DNA of 64,000 nt from Tubulanus polymorphus (lineage: Eukaryota; Animalia; Nemertea), in NCBI RefSeq assembly GCF_964204645.1, contig NC_134026.1, positions 14,480,150 through 14,544,149 on the forward strand, read 5' to 3'. Of this stretch, positions 26,981 to 39,780 are shown piece after piece. Every line of letters starts with the position of its first letter. Positions within the stretch are counted from its first letter, which is position 1. The position numbers and the translations under genes are program-made. Below the pieces are notes generated by a model. That model had not been told where the DNA came from, did not search any database, and saw only the letters and a list, made by a program, of their open reading frames with translations.

Positions 26981-27151
26981 GTATAGGAAAATGAAAATTA
27001 TTGAGTGGTGATGTGTGATTTGTCGTACTATCGTACTCTGATCTGAAACCCACTTTTTCTAATTACTTCTTTAAAGTTCCTTTCTAGTTTTCAAATTTCA
27101 AAGGTATCTTTTTTCCATTGAACTGAAAATTTTTTCATTATCTCTTTTCAG

Positions 27152-27247
27152 ATAAGAATGCACAACATTTTATGAAACTAGTTGATAGTGCATGTGTCTT
27201 TGTAAACTGTAGCTCCCGATTTGCTGATGGATACAGATTTGGTCTTG
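27152..27247 (+). CDS. ALDH18A1: P5CS exon (not in the ORF track)
   Basis: Acceptor tcttttcag|AT and donor G|gtgag. Translates (D)[31 protein letters not shown](G). The expected next exon (AEVGIS...HARGPVG) was not found in the window. Confidence 0.93.
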
Positions 27248-28160
27248 GTGAGTTTAGAATTGGTGTTCCTGGCTCCTACAAATGCCGTTGAGTTTGTCAT
27301 TAAGATCTTCATTTGCGTCTATGCCTTTTGGCAATACGAAAGAAACTAAATTCAGATATAGCTGCAAAGCAGCGATTACTTTTCTGCCTCACCGGATTAA
27401 AAGTCACCCTGGGAAGCGTAACAACCGATTTCACGAACTAGCTAGTAGATGTTAAGCTAAATTGCATCGCCCATACGTTAATTTGTAGACTTTCTTTACA
27501 TGGATCACCACATGCAACGATAAACTTTACTTCAGAGACTAAACGATTAACTGAAAATACATAACTTCAACCAATCAACATAGACAATTGTTTAGTAGTT
27601 GAGTGAACAAAACATACTAAATGTAATAATGCCACAAACACCGGAAGGTGGAGCCACCTTGCGGCACACAATTGAACAAAATAGTATAGGTTCAACAGGC
27701 CAAATTACCAAAGATATATGAAGTATACAAGTAAAGGTAAGGGTGCACAATGACAGCTGTGAAAAAAGGCCATTTATAGACGAAACACTCCCCGAAATAT
27801 AGCCCACAAAGCCACAAACGTAAAAACTGCAATCTTATACTTCAAAACTTTCAAAACACCATGAGAGAAACCAACTTCCAAGAAACAAAAACTTTCCAAA
27901 TGAAATGTGCAAAAATTAACAAGAGAAACGTAGTTTACAAAGCGTACTAAGATTTCATCAGCTGTTGTTACCTAGGAATCAACAAATTTCCTGTTGTACG
28001 AAGTGAAGAATAACGAAGATAAGGTGCTTTCATAGTCTCCTGGTCTCAGCAGTTGCATGAACTAACCATGATTGTTGGATATTGCACTTGTGTACTTATA
28101 CCAATTTTGAAACCGAACTTAACAACGTAAACTCGACAAATTCTAATTGATTTCAATAGG

Positions 28161-28298
28161 AGTAATTGTATTATTGTATTTTCATACCAAAGGTCGGAGC
28201 TCATAAAGAATGAAAATAGATTCTCGCACGCTCGAATTTATTTTTATTTTTACTCAGCCCTTCAAACTTTGATATGAAAATACAATTATACAATTACT
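28161..28298. repeat. Imperfect terminal palindrome (hairpin), 'flip' isomer
   Basis: AGTAATTGTATTATTGTATTTTCATACCAAAG ... CTTTGATATGAAAATACAATTATACAATTACT, with loop TCGCACGCTC. Confidence 0.9.
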
Positions 28299-30717
28299 CT
28301 AATAATTTCATATATATATATATGAATATCATTTATATGAAATTTGAAATTTCTAAAATCGATTTAAATAGAACATTTGTTATTAAAATGGAGAGTTAAC
28401 AAGTACACAGTGAGAATAACAAATCATTCCTAGCTAGAATCGAAGATACTACGAATGCTAAAAATGTAGATTATAAATTTAAAAAGATAACAGAAATAAC
28501 AATTTATAAGAAATATTTAATTACAAGTATTTAAACAACTACTTATAGATATGGAGATGTATAAGTAATTGATTTAGAATACGAAGGATTAAAAGAAAAT
28601 AAATATAAATTCAGAACTTATTTACCAGATAGATTTCATAGATTATCTAGTGAAGATATTGAAGAATTATGTTCTAATGATTTCTATTTCATATATAAAG
28701 GTAAGAATGAAAAAATATACCATGATATAGATTTCGAATGAAAAAAAAATCATTTTTTTATAAAAACTTTGTATGATAAATGGAAGCAAATAAGAAGTAC
28801 TACTGTCCAACATGTATAATTAGTATAGATGAATCTCAAAAAGCAAGACATAGTAAAACTAAATCTCACTTAGAAAATAGATTGAAATTAGAATATGAAG
28901 ATGATATATTAGAAACTGAATTAGAAGAATTAAAGAATGAAAAAGAAATATATAAATGTGACACACGTAATCAATCATTCAGTAACAAAAAATATTATAA
29001 ACAACATTTGAAATCTAAAAATCATATTGAAAATATTAATAACCATATTTTAGGGGAAGATTACTTTGACAGTTATAAAAAAACAAAGCACAAATGCAAG
29101 AATAAGACATACTCCAAATATTAAGAAATCATATATGGAAAATGTTAGATTATATATTAATTCATTAGATATTAAGAAAGATATTGAAATAACTGAAGCA
29201 GTTATATAGGTCCAGCAGCTATTGAATTTGGATTTCAATAGTTAAAAAGTTATATTAGATTACCATTTAAAACTTATGCAGTAATAGAAGTACAAAATGA
29301 AGATAATAAATGTTTTTTTTAATGGTCAATTATTAGTTGTTTACATTCTACAATTGATAATACACATAGCTTTAGAGTATCAAATTATATACCATTTGAA
29401 AACAATTAGTACACAATAGAAGTACAAAATGAAGATAATAAATGTGTTTTTATGGTCAATGATTAGTTGTTTACATTCCATTATTGATTATACACATAGC
29501 TTTAGAGTATCAAATTATATACCAATTGAAAATGATTATAAGATAGATTTATAAGTATTTGATTTAATTAAATTACCAAAAACAAATGGTAATAATATCA
29601 AACATTATAAATTAGAACCTTTATATCTATCGAAAGATTATGATTCAAATGACGTTATAGACATATTGTATTATGAGATTTATTATATGTGGATAAAACA
29701 AATTGAATTATTTTGTAGAATCTTAAAGTGCATTATTAGATCATAAACACTTATGTGACATTCATGATTATTGTAGATTAATTATAGACCAACCTAATAT
29801 TGTAGACCAACCTGAAAAGATAAAATATTAGAAAGTACCATTTGTAATACATGTATATGGTGATTTTGAATCACTAAATAAGGAATCTACTGATCATGAT
29901 AGAAAAGAAATATATTATAAAAGAAAGAAATTAATTAACTAATTCTAATTCTGATTTAATAGATCATTCATATCCTCCAATAACAAATTCATCAATCAGC
30001 TGCTGTTTTTGGATTATATATTAGATCTGATTATCCCGAAGAAATTAAAAGTGAATATCATAATTATAGAAATGAAAATGTTATTACTTATTTTTGCGAC
30101 TTATTAATTGAATATGAAATAAAATGTAGTAAATTGTTGAATACAAATGAAGAAATAATTATGACAGAACAAGATAAAGAAGATTTTAGTTTTGCAGATA
30201 ACTGTTATTATTGTGAAAAACTATTTCATTTAAAAGATAAAAAAGTAAGAGATCATGATAATTTGAATGGAAAATTTAGAGGGGCAGCACATGAGAATTG
30301 TAATTAACAAGCTAAGAAAATTAATTTTGTTCCAGTTTTATTTCATAATTTATCAGGGTATGATGCTCATTTATTTATAAAACAGCTATGCCTTAAAATA
30401 GAAGAAATTAATAATGAAATAGAAACTCTAAATTCTAATAGATCGAAAAATGTTGACAAAATACCAACTTATAAATCTAAAATATTAGCTAAAACATGTG
30501 AAGATTATATATCTTTCCAATTTGGAAGTTAATGATTTATAGGTTCGTATATATTTTTAAGTAGTTCATTCGATAATTTATCAAAATCATTAGTTGATGA
30601 TGAATTAAAAATATTAAAACAACATTATCTAAATAATAATGATTTTCAATGGGGTTCACCATTTATCCGTTTGTGGATAGATGGCGCCAGTGTTCCTGAA
30701 GTTATTCCTTTTTTACA

Positions 30718-32842
30718 ATGGTGGGTTAATACAAAGGAAAAATGTTAATGAACTTAAAGCTGAGCTTCAGAAGCGAGGTGCAAGGACAACAGGTCGTAAA
30801 TCGAATTTAATAGAAAGGTAAGACTGAAATATTACTTCCTGGGAATAATGAATGTTTATCCTCTGATCTCACTTATATTATAACCAAATCAAAGCTATTA
30901 CGAAAGAGAAGCATTTCTTGTACTGAACATTAAAGAAGGGAGCATGTATTTTTATATCATCTGGTGGCAGCACTTTCTGGTACTCATAATTAAATTCATT
31001 TTTTTCAGGTTGGAGCACTACGAGCGCAATGAGAATTTCTATAATGAACCCATTCTTCAGCCAAGGGAACTAGTCCCAAAATGGCCATCAGATGTAACTG
31101 GCTTCAAACAACTTTGCAGTGACCACAAAGACAGTTTGCCAAAAATTACAGAAGACAATATTCGCGCCTATTTTAAATATAGATTAGCCACTGATAAGGA
31201 AATGACGAAGGACAATAAAGGAATGGAAAAAGCAAAGTTGCTGCTTGAATCAGATAGAGTGGAGGCGTGCAGTTTCTTACCAAATACTGAAAACACATAT
31301 TTAACTGGTATAGTAAGAGCTGCTATGAAAAAAAGGTGTTTTAATTAAGATATATGTTTTTTCAAAATTTTAGAATATAGAATAAGATTTGAAATTCCCC
31401 AACAGTAACCCTACATGTATTTCATTGTACAGGTTTCATATTCTGTGAAAATCAACCTTAAAAAATAACCGGAGAAGTATTAAATAGTGACTGCGAGTGC
31501 CCTGCAGGTCGTGGGCCACATAGCACATGTTCTTTGCTTCTTGTGGTTGTTAGATTTACCGAAACTGGGGACTTGCCAGTTGGAAAAAGTTGTACAGAAA
31601 CCCTACAGTCGTTCCACCAACCAAAGAAATCATATGATGCTAATGAAAATAATAAAATAGTTCTAATCTGTCATACATAAGTCCATTCGTTTTAAGTCCA
31701 CATAAAGTCTCAAATAATAATATAAACAATAATGATAATATTATTACTATAATTAATTGCATGAAATAAGAATGAAAATATGAAACCAAGGACAAAATGT
31801 TCAATCAGCATAAATGTCTTTTATTTTTAGGATCTCCGATTAAAGCTGAAGATCTGCCGTCAACCAGGAAACCCAATTTAGATGATCCACGGCCAGTTTT
31901 CCTGAGATATAGAGAGTGTTTTAAAGATCATGTGAGAAATCTGACAGTAAACTATGTTAGAAATACTGGCAAGGATATTCCACTGAGATACTTATATCCA
32001 CCTGCTAACCTGAAGATGGCAGTCCATGACCACCACTACTTACAAAAGCCATTAACAGAATACTGGGTACTGGACTCTCTGCAGGTACTTATTGTGAAAA
32101 ATAAGATTTCATTTTCAAGTTTGCATTGTGCATTTAAGAAAATAAGAAGAATCAAATTTTTTCTTTTAATCCGTTTACGTAGATATCTCGAGAGGAAGCA
32201 AATGAAATTGAAATAAACACCAGAGAACAAAGTGCTTCATCGTTATGGTTTGATGCCCCACACTGGAGAATCACTGCCTCAAGATTTGGCGAAATTGTGA
32301 AAATGACAGAAAGGCGTGATACAGAGAAGCTCTGTGTTAGTTTGACATCTCTATATAATTTCGATACAGAGGCTACGATTCATGGACGCCAGTTTGAAAA
32401 TGTAGCGATCAAATCTTTCGAATCTAAGTTTAATTCGAAAGTTCTACCATGTGGTATTTTTATCCGGCCTGATCTACCTTTTCTTGGAGCAACACCTGAC
32501 GGCGTTATTGATTCTCAGCACATAGTCGAGGTGAAATGCCCATTCAATGGCCTTGATGCAGAAAAAATCAATGTTGTTGATAGTAACTTCACATTTCTTG
32601 AAATTGTTGATGGAACCTTGCAACTCAAAAAGAACCACAACTATTATACTCAGGTTCAAGGTCAGATGCACCTATCTAGGAGGCAAATTTGTTATTTCGT
32701 CGTGTATGTATTTAAAGACTTGTTTGTTCAACAAGTAAAGTATGATCAAGTGTACTGTGAAACTATTCTCATTCCGAAGCTCACAGAATTTTTCAATGAA
32801 CACCTTGTAAAGCATATTGCCGAAACTCTAACCTCCGCTTAA
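30718..32842 (+). pseudogene. ISL2EU second gene: SAP domain, SWIM finger and YqaJ/lambda-exonuclease domain, spliced and partly degraded
   Basis: ELKAELQKRGARTTGRKSNLIER (SAP), DCECPAGRGPHSTC (SWIM), and LGATPDG..IVEVKCP..YYTQVQGQM (YqaJ). GT-AG introns occur, e.g. 30818-31008. Confidence 0.8.
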
Positions 32843-32906
32843 AATTTAAAACATGTTGTTAAATGTGAATAAAGCTGCAATTTTATTACTAATATCTTTT
32901 CATCTT

Positions 32907-34652
32907 TTATGCTAATTTTCCAGCAATAGATCGTTTAAAATTACAAAACGTGAAACAGATGTACAGAATCCTTGAACCAAGTAATACTCTTGAATGGAAA
33001 AGAGGTTCTTGCAAAATTTTGTACGTTTTGGCCAACCCAATAATTCTCTCGACGTGTATGCGTTTTGAAGCAATTCTACGATCACGGATGACTTCTTCAG
33101 GATTTAACTGGCTTTTACCCTGTAAGAAAGTCGGGATATTACAACGAACATCAATCGGCGCGAAGAGATCTTGACAATTGAGGCCTCGGTCGGCCATGAA
33201 ACTATCACCAACGTCAAACATTTTAGAATCTTTTGATACAAGTGAGGAACGCTCCAAAATCTGACGATCACTAGTTGAACCAGCATAGCATAGCTAACGT
33301 AGGAAACAACTCCACGTGGAGATATTCCTATCATTGATTTCAGAGTGTTTTTGTTTTTGTAGCTGGAAAATGTGGCAGATTGAGCCACTACATTACTTGG
33401 TTTATCTATAGGTATTTCCGTTGCATCAAGCGCAACTCTGGTAGACGGGAAACTTTTCTTAAAATTCAATGGCATATACTTTTCCACCAATTCTTTGCTT
33501 GGCCAAACATCGATTTCCTTAAATTGAAAATAAAGGAAAATAATCCACATGTAAATGATGTTTGAAGCTACACTTTCACTTATGTTGAACATTAATGCAA
33601 GTTCATAGTCGTCCTTAGCTTGGCGTAACTTCATCATTGTCAGAAAAAAAAACTATCCGGCGGATCGTGGAGTTTAGATCTCTCCTGTAGATGGTAGGCA
33701 GCTGGCCCAAGTATATTGAAAACGTACATGAAATGCTCGAAATCGTCAAAACCGGTATAGTACTGCACAGCCCTGCTGTTATCCTTGAAATGATAGATAG
33801 AATATGTTTTGCTTCGTGTTTTATTTTCAGAATGGAGCATTGGACAGCACAATCTATACTAAATGAACTTATTGTGTCATCTTCCTGAGAAACAGGACTG
33901 GGGCAATCGGTGATAACTGTTTCTTCATGTTGAATGTCTATAATATCAGGGACATTAATGGATCTGCAACTGCGTTTTTGGGCTCTTTCTTCTCCAGGTG
34001 TACCGTCTTGTTCTTTGTTAAATGGAAAAATGGATCGAACGGCATCTTTCTTCAAAATTTTCATTTTTTCTGAAAGATAGAAAACAGTTTCCATAATTCT
34101 TAATGCCTGAATGTCATCTCTGATATCTAATTCTAATGATAAAGTATAATACAGTACGTATGTTGTTTAACAAAGTCAAACAGGAATACAAATAATTTCT
34201 ACAGCAGTCTACATCTTTTGAATAGATGTGTATTTATTTTTACAGCACTGTAATGCATGGAATATTGGAAAATAATAAATAGTTCCCTCACCAAGTGAGG
34301 CCGATGAAATAATACTCTACCGGTCGGTAAAAAATTTCTCACTGGTCCTACATCTTGTGTGCTTAAAAGCAATGAGGTGTTCTTTCAAAATGATATTATC
34401 CACATGTAAGTAAAAAAATTGAAATTAATCATAATTTTTGTACTGACCGAGTAACCCGGGAGGTCTGTAATCAGACGCCTTGAAGTGGTCTGAACAGACA
34501 ACGCTGTGTTTCGCAGGACACCACAGTTTTCTCATTTTTTCGTCAAGTCTCTCGATAGCTATGCGCCACTTCATACACAGTTCTTCATCCGATGGAAATT
34601 TATGGCCTCCTTTGTTATTTTTACAATGAGGCACGCTACAATAGGTCGGCAT
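32907..34652 (-). pseudogene. ISL2EU transposase: THAP domain, HTH and DDE_Tnp_4, frameshifted
   Basis: MPTYCSVPHC..HKFP..W..VCSDHF (THAP), then LDATE, MADRG and RIHVERIIG catalytic motifs. Confidence 0.88.
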
Positions 34653-36665
34653 TTTGACACAAAAACGGCCGAAGCGCGTTCCGTTCTCGCGAGATGTAAT
34701 ACCCGGAAGTAAAACTAGTAACCAAGGGAACACTGGTGCCATCTCGTGGTAAACTAATTGGCGAACCCCATTAATGAGATATAAAGGTGCAATACCATAT
34801 TCTTTTTATAAAAAATCATAATGATTTTGAAATAACTGGAATTTCAAAAGATCAATTCTATGGTGAATTGAAAAATGAATATGTTAAAGAAGATATAACA
34901 TTAGGAATTTGGAATCATTTTGGAATGAAAAATCATGGTGAATTAATAGATTTATATTTGATGTATTATTACTATCTGATATATTTGAAAGATTTAGAGA
35001 TATATATGTAAGTTATTTTAATATTGATCCATGTCATTGTTATTCAAGTCCAGGAATTAACTTAGGATTGTAGATTAAAATTGACAGATATAAAAATGGA
35101 TTTATTAACAAATATAGATCAATTATTATTATTTGAAAAATCTATAAGAGGAGGCGTTTCGGGTGTATTAGATGATAGATATTTCAATGTAAATGATAAT
35201 CCTGTTATAATTTATTATATATAGATGCAAGTAATCTATATGGTTGGGCAATGATGAGGCCTCAGCCTTATGGAGTATTTGAAATAACTGAAAATTTACA
35301 GAATCAAAATATTGATGAATGTGATTGGAAGAAAAGAATTCTAGATATTGCAAATGATTCTGATACCGGATACTTCTTTGTTGTAGATTTAGAATGTCCT
35401 GAAAAAAATAAATCTAAATCTAGAAGTATAGCATACTGCCCAGAAGATAAAACTGTAAAACATAATGAATTATCAAAGTTTTAAAAAGGAAAGAAACCTG
35501 AAAATCATATACAGAAAAGTTAATGGTGACTGAGGAACATAAATATAAATATAGCTGCTAAGCAGCGATGACGGGTTTTCTGCAAAGCCATTCAGAATGA
35601 TGGGAATTGTAGTAAATTGAAATACCGATACCGTACATTGAATAAAATGCATTGACAGATTCGAACCTAATATGCAACCACTGTGTAAACGTCAAATATG
35701 ATCCAGCTTTGAAACCGAACATACGCGGACGTACAATCAACAAATATGAATTTATTTGACCAGACATTTATTTTGGCATTCAAACATACTGTATTATCAC
35801 CATGCTTGAAAATGGATCTGTCCTATTAAGAACTCATCGTAAGCACCAGCTGAGTCGATAGATTGAGTGAATTTACAGATAAGAACGTATTATGATTTGG
35901 AATAGATTTAAGAAGTTAATCTTTTTATTGATATATATTATTGATATAATATTTGAATGAATACATATATTGTAGTGTAGATTTAATCTATAAATAATGA
36001 ATTGATTTGGTCTGGGTTTCCGGCTGATGTTGATTTTGGCTTTTATGGATTGCAAATTCTATAGTGATAAACAATTTATACCTGCAACATGTGTGTAAAT
36101 CAAACCTATTACACTAGTTGCGTGTGTTTCCTAATAAACGGGAGAGTCACTCTTGATCTGAGTTATTGGAAAAATAATGTTCATTTGGTTATAGAAATTC
36201 ATTGCCTTTTTAAAAATTATATAGTAATATTTGTTCTGTCCTAATTTTCATTACTGTATGAACCAATGATATGCTTTGTAAATATGATGTAATAATACAA
36301 ATTTGAGTTTGAATTAAATTTGAATATGAGAATCAAGCATAACTTGTGTTTTTTCTACTTGTCTTACTTGTCCCTCGTTAACAGTTCCAGAGTTTCAATT
36401 ACAATCAAATCCAAATTGGCTAAAAAGTACATCGGACTAAATGAAATGAACTGAAATGAACTAAATGAAAGTCACTGCAAACCTATTCCAGTGTTGTGTC
36501 GATCGTGTTGAATCACTTTGCTTTTGAGTTGAAAGAATCAGATCTTCTATGGCGCAACATCGGTCGAAGAGAGATATCTTGGTGTTGACTGTCCTTGACC
36601 ATTTAACTTCATGTGTTTATTGTACATTGGAATCAGCATCATACCCATTTGAACTGCAAAATATT

Positions 36666-37880
36666 CGGGTGTTCGAACTTCGCTGAATCGCTGAACCGCT
36701 GAAACGCTGATTATTATATTAATTTCGCTGAATCATTGAATTTATTCTAAAATACGCTGAATCTATGTAAATCTTACACATTCTAAAGACAATTAATTAT
36801 TTGATCGATTAAATGAGAAATTTCGTTACATATTCGAAAAAAATCCAGTTAGACGGACTACGGTAACGTCCTTCGGCGATGATCACCGGTACTTCGGGTC
36901 ATGTAAACTTGTACCATAGAATAGAAACTGATACAGGTACATGTACAACCGTGGCGTTCGAGCGGTGAGAACCATTTTCTCTGTGAAGAAAGTAAAGGGC
37001 AATATTTAAGCAATAGTTGTATCGCCGATCGGTGGTGTTACATGTGATACATTCAACAGAGGAATTCCCATTAAAACAACAACTGTTTAAACGAAAATGA
37101 TCACATATGATTCTGCGTGAGTTTTATTTAACCTTACAGCTTTAACCTTATCATGTTTAAAATTTATTGTTCCATTGTTTGAATGAACCGGAACCGAATT
37201 TACCAATTATGTATTTCGATTTAAACAAAAAAAAAAGATCTGAAAAAATCTTACCCTTTTCTCACCCTCTTGACACTTATCCTCACCCCTCTATAATTCT
37301 TAATTCAATATAATCCGTCGTAAAAATAGAATTTACGACTGCTTTACGACGTCGTAAAATAGCCACTTCGTACTTTATTCCATCGGCAGTCTGTTCGACC
37401 GTCTGAATTGAATTGAATAGGGCAGGCCTAAATTGAATTAGAATTAATTAGTTCAGCAGTTAAGTGAATTCAATTATCGTACAATCATCGACGTCAATAT
37501 CAACTAGAGGTATCAATATCAAATATAGAGTTTGCAAAACATGAATTTCCTATGTTATTCATAATAATCTGGCAGAAACGAACGAGTAGATAAAAACAGA
37601 TAAACGACGTGGAGAAACGATTGAAATTAAATTGTTGAGTGCTGGATGTAATAAAAATGAACTTACGTTTTGGTCCTGGCCCGCGTCCTCAAAGCGTTTT
37701 TATCTTGCTCTAAAAGCGTTTCTATCGTCGAATATGGCACCACTTATATGATATATTATTTATTATACATTGTTCATTATACAATTGTTTGAAAAAACCA
37801 GTGAAATTAAATGTAATGATAATTAACATAAAATTCAGCGGTTCAGTGATTCAGCTATTCAGCGAAGTTCGAACACCCTG
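36666..37880. mobile_element. hAT-like non-autonomous element
   Basis: TIR (CA)GGGTGTTCGAACTTCGCTGAA with 9-bp CGCTGAA subterminal repeats and 8-bp flanks AAAATATT / AGAATATT. A second copy of its right end lies at about 38040-38309. Confidence 0.7.
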
Positions 37881-39133
37881 AGAATATTAACACGCATAAA
37901 TATAATAACTCATACGTGTAGTAACAAGGCCGAACCAAATTTCCTAAACCTTTCAGCAAAAAAGACAGACATACTAAAAAACCTATGAATACAGGTACTT
38001 TATTTGATAACATAAAATTTTATTTGACGTACCAGCAGAGATTAAATTGTTGACTGCAGGATGTAATAAATATAAACTTACATTTTGGTCCTGGTCCGCA
38101 TCCGCTAAGCGTTTTTATCTTGCTTTGAAAGCGTTACTATCGTCAAATAGACACCACTTATATGATTTATTATTTATTATACATTGTTCGTTTTACAATT
38201 GCTTGAAAAAAATCAGCAAAATTAAAAGAAATGATAATTAACATAAAATTCAGCGTTTCAGTAATTCAGCAGTTCAGCGATTCAGTGATTCAGCGAAGTT
38301 CGAACACCCAAACTATTCATACAACATAAAAACCTACAGTACATGTATACAGTAATCAAACTTTCACCGATGTTGGATATTTGAATGAACGTTAGGCTTA
38401 TTTCAGTATTCTAAAGCAGGAAATAATAAGCCCAATCAATAGGCCGATACCCATGGTACTATTTTATAATGCGTACAGCTGTACCGTACACTTATCAGTC
38501 AAGATTGGAGAAATCGGTATACCAAACATACGTACAGCAAAATGTACAGGCCTACAATGATTTCTGGTATACAAGCCGTGACCACATGAACCTTTTGGAT
38601 CTAGGTTTGACTATTAATGTCAGCAGGTAAGAGAAGGCCCGAGTAAAATTTAATTGCACCGCTCAAATCAATTAGCCTTTCTGCGTGTGAATCACTGTAT
38701 TGTTTTGAAAATAGGCCTATCGAGTGAATTAGTGCATAGACTGAATTAGACTTTGGGCTAGTCCTGACCAAATCCTCTCCATGTTATAATGGCACCAGTT
38801 ATAGTAACATCAGGGCCGACGAGAGGGAAAAAGTTGTGTTTGTAGTACATAGGCATGGTAGGCTTATCGTACCCTCTTGATACTTAAAACGCTGTTGTTA
38901 CATGTACGGTGATTTCTACAGGTTAGCCGTATGTGAGTACGTTGACGCTCAGACTTGCAAAGTTGGGATTCGAAACCAAACGAAAAAAAAAAATAATTAG
39001 TAAGTAGTAGTCCAGTGATTTTACCCACTGTGCCACAGAACATAACTGCAAGGCGGATGAAATTTGATTTACAAATAGCCTAGCCTCACCTAACCCAAAC
39101 TCTATTCTTTCACGCATGCGCGATTGCAGATTA

Positions 39134-39355
39134 TAGGAACTCACGTACGGCGTTTGTAGGGGATGCACGTACGGTTAACCGGCGGAGATCACCGTACATT
39201 CACGTACGGGTAACAACTTCGTACTTAAAATGGTATTGGCTACTAGGAACTCACGTAGGGCGTTAGTAGGGAACTCACGTACGGTTAACCTGTGGAGATC
39301 ACCGTACAGTCACGTACGGGTAACAGCTACGTACTTAAAATGGTATTGGCTACTA
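39134..39355. repeat. Two-copy tandem repeat of about 110 bp
   Basis: TAGGAACTCACGTA...TACTTAAAATGGTATTGGCTACTA occurs twice, with a related inverted piece at about 38900-38940. Confidence 0.75.
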
Positions 39356-39587
39356 TATAATAGGCCTATAGGCAAATAAATACCGGTAGGCTTTCTTACT
39401 TAGCTTCCACACTTCACAACCGAACCAACTGACCAACCAGTATATTTTAGTCCCAGTACGCACCAACCGGCACAGGCCTAACACTGTTTGTCATCTGTGT
39501 GTCATCTGTCATCTGTGTTTGTCATCGTAGTAGGCTATCGATAATCACCTGATACTTATGTGTCGTTTGTTTTCTCTCTGAGACGAA

Positions 39588-39710
39588 AGTAATAGGGAAT
39601 ATGGGGGTTAAAGTCAAAGGTTTGAAGGGTTTAAAAATAAATTCGAGTGTTCGAGAATTTATTTTTCGACTCTTCGACCTTTGGCTTGAACCCCCATATT
39701 CCCTATTACT
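39588..39710. repeat. Imperfect terminal palindrome (hairpin), 'flop' isomer
   Basis: AGTAATAGGGAATATGGGGGTT...AACCCCCATATTCCCTATTACT, with loop GAGTGTTCGA. Confidence 0.92.
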
Positions 39711-39780
39711 CTTATAATATTCATATATATGAATATAAATAACTTCTAAAATTGATTTTTATAGAAGATTTGATATTAAA

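Larger units (their letters stand above)
30651..34769. mobile_element. Complete ISL2EU (PIF/Harbinger-related) DNA transposon
   Basis: TIRs GGGGTTC(A/G)CCA(T/A)TTA plus subterminal AGATGGC(G/A)CCAGTGTTCC. A 2-bp AT target duplication is shown by the empty site GATTTTCAATTAATGAGATAT in the 63.3-kb PolB copy. Two convergent genes. Confidence 0.92.
28161..35546 (+). mobile_element. Polinton-like copy: terminal hairpin, orfS (28388-28741), decayed pPolB (from 28780) carrying an ISL2EU insertion
   Basis: Homologous to the 39588 and 60585 copies. The PolB sequence is continuous across the ISL2EU insertion. There is an internal tandem duplication of about 135 bp at 29283-29545. Confidence 0.88.

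Noticed and set aside
36668-36765. Short CGCTGAA repeats, and the repeats at 21345-21710 and 39134-39355, as a CRISPR-like array
   Set aside because: There are no unique equal-length spacers and no cas genes, and the context is eukaryotic. Transposon subterminal or tandem repeats explain them.
38964-39038. tRNA-like A and B boxes on the minus strand
   Set aside because: A poly-T insert and no acceptor stem mean it is at most a SINE head or tRNA relic. The same applies to the isolated B-box-like motifs near 18625 and 47287.
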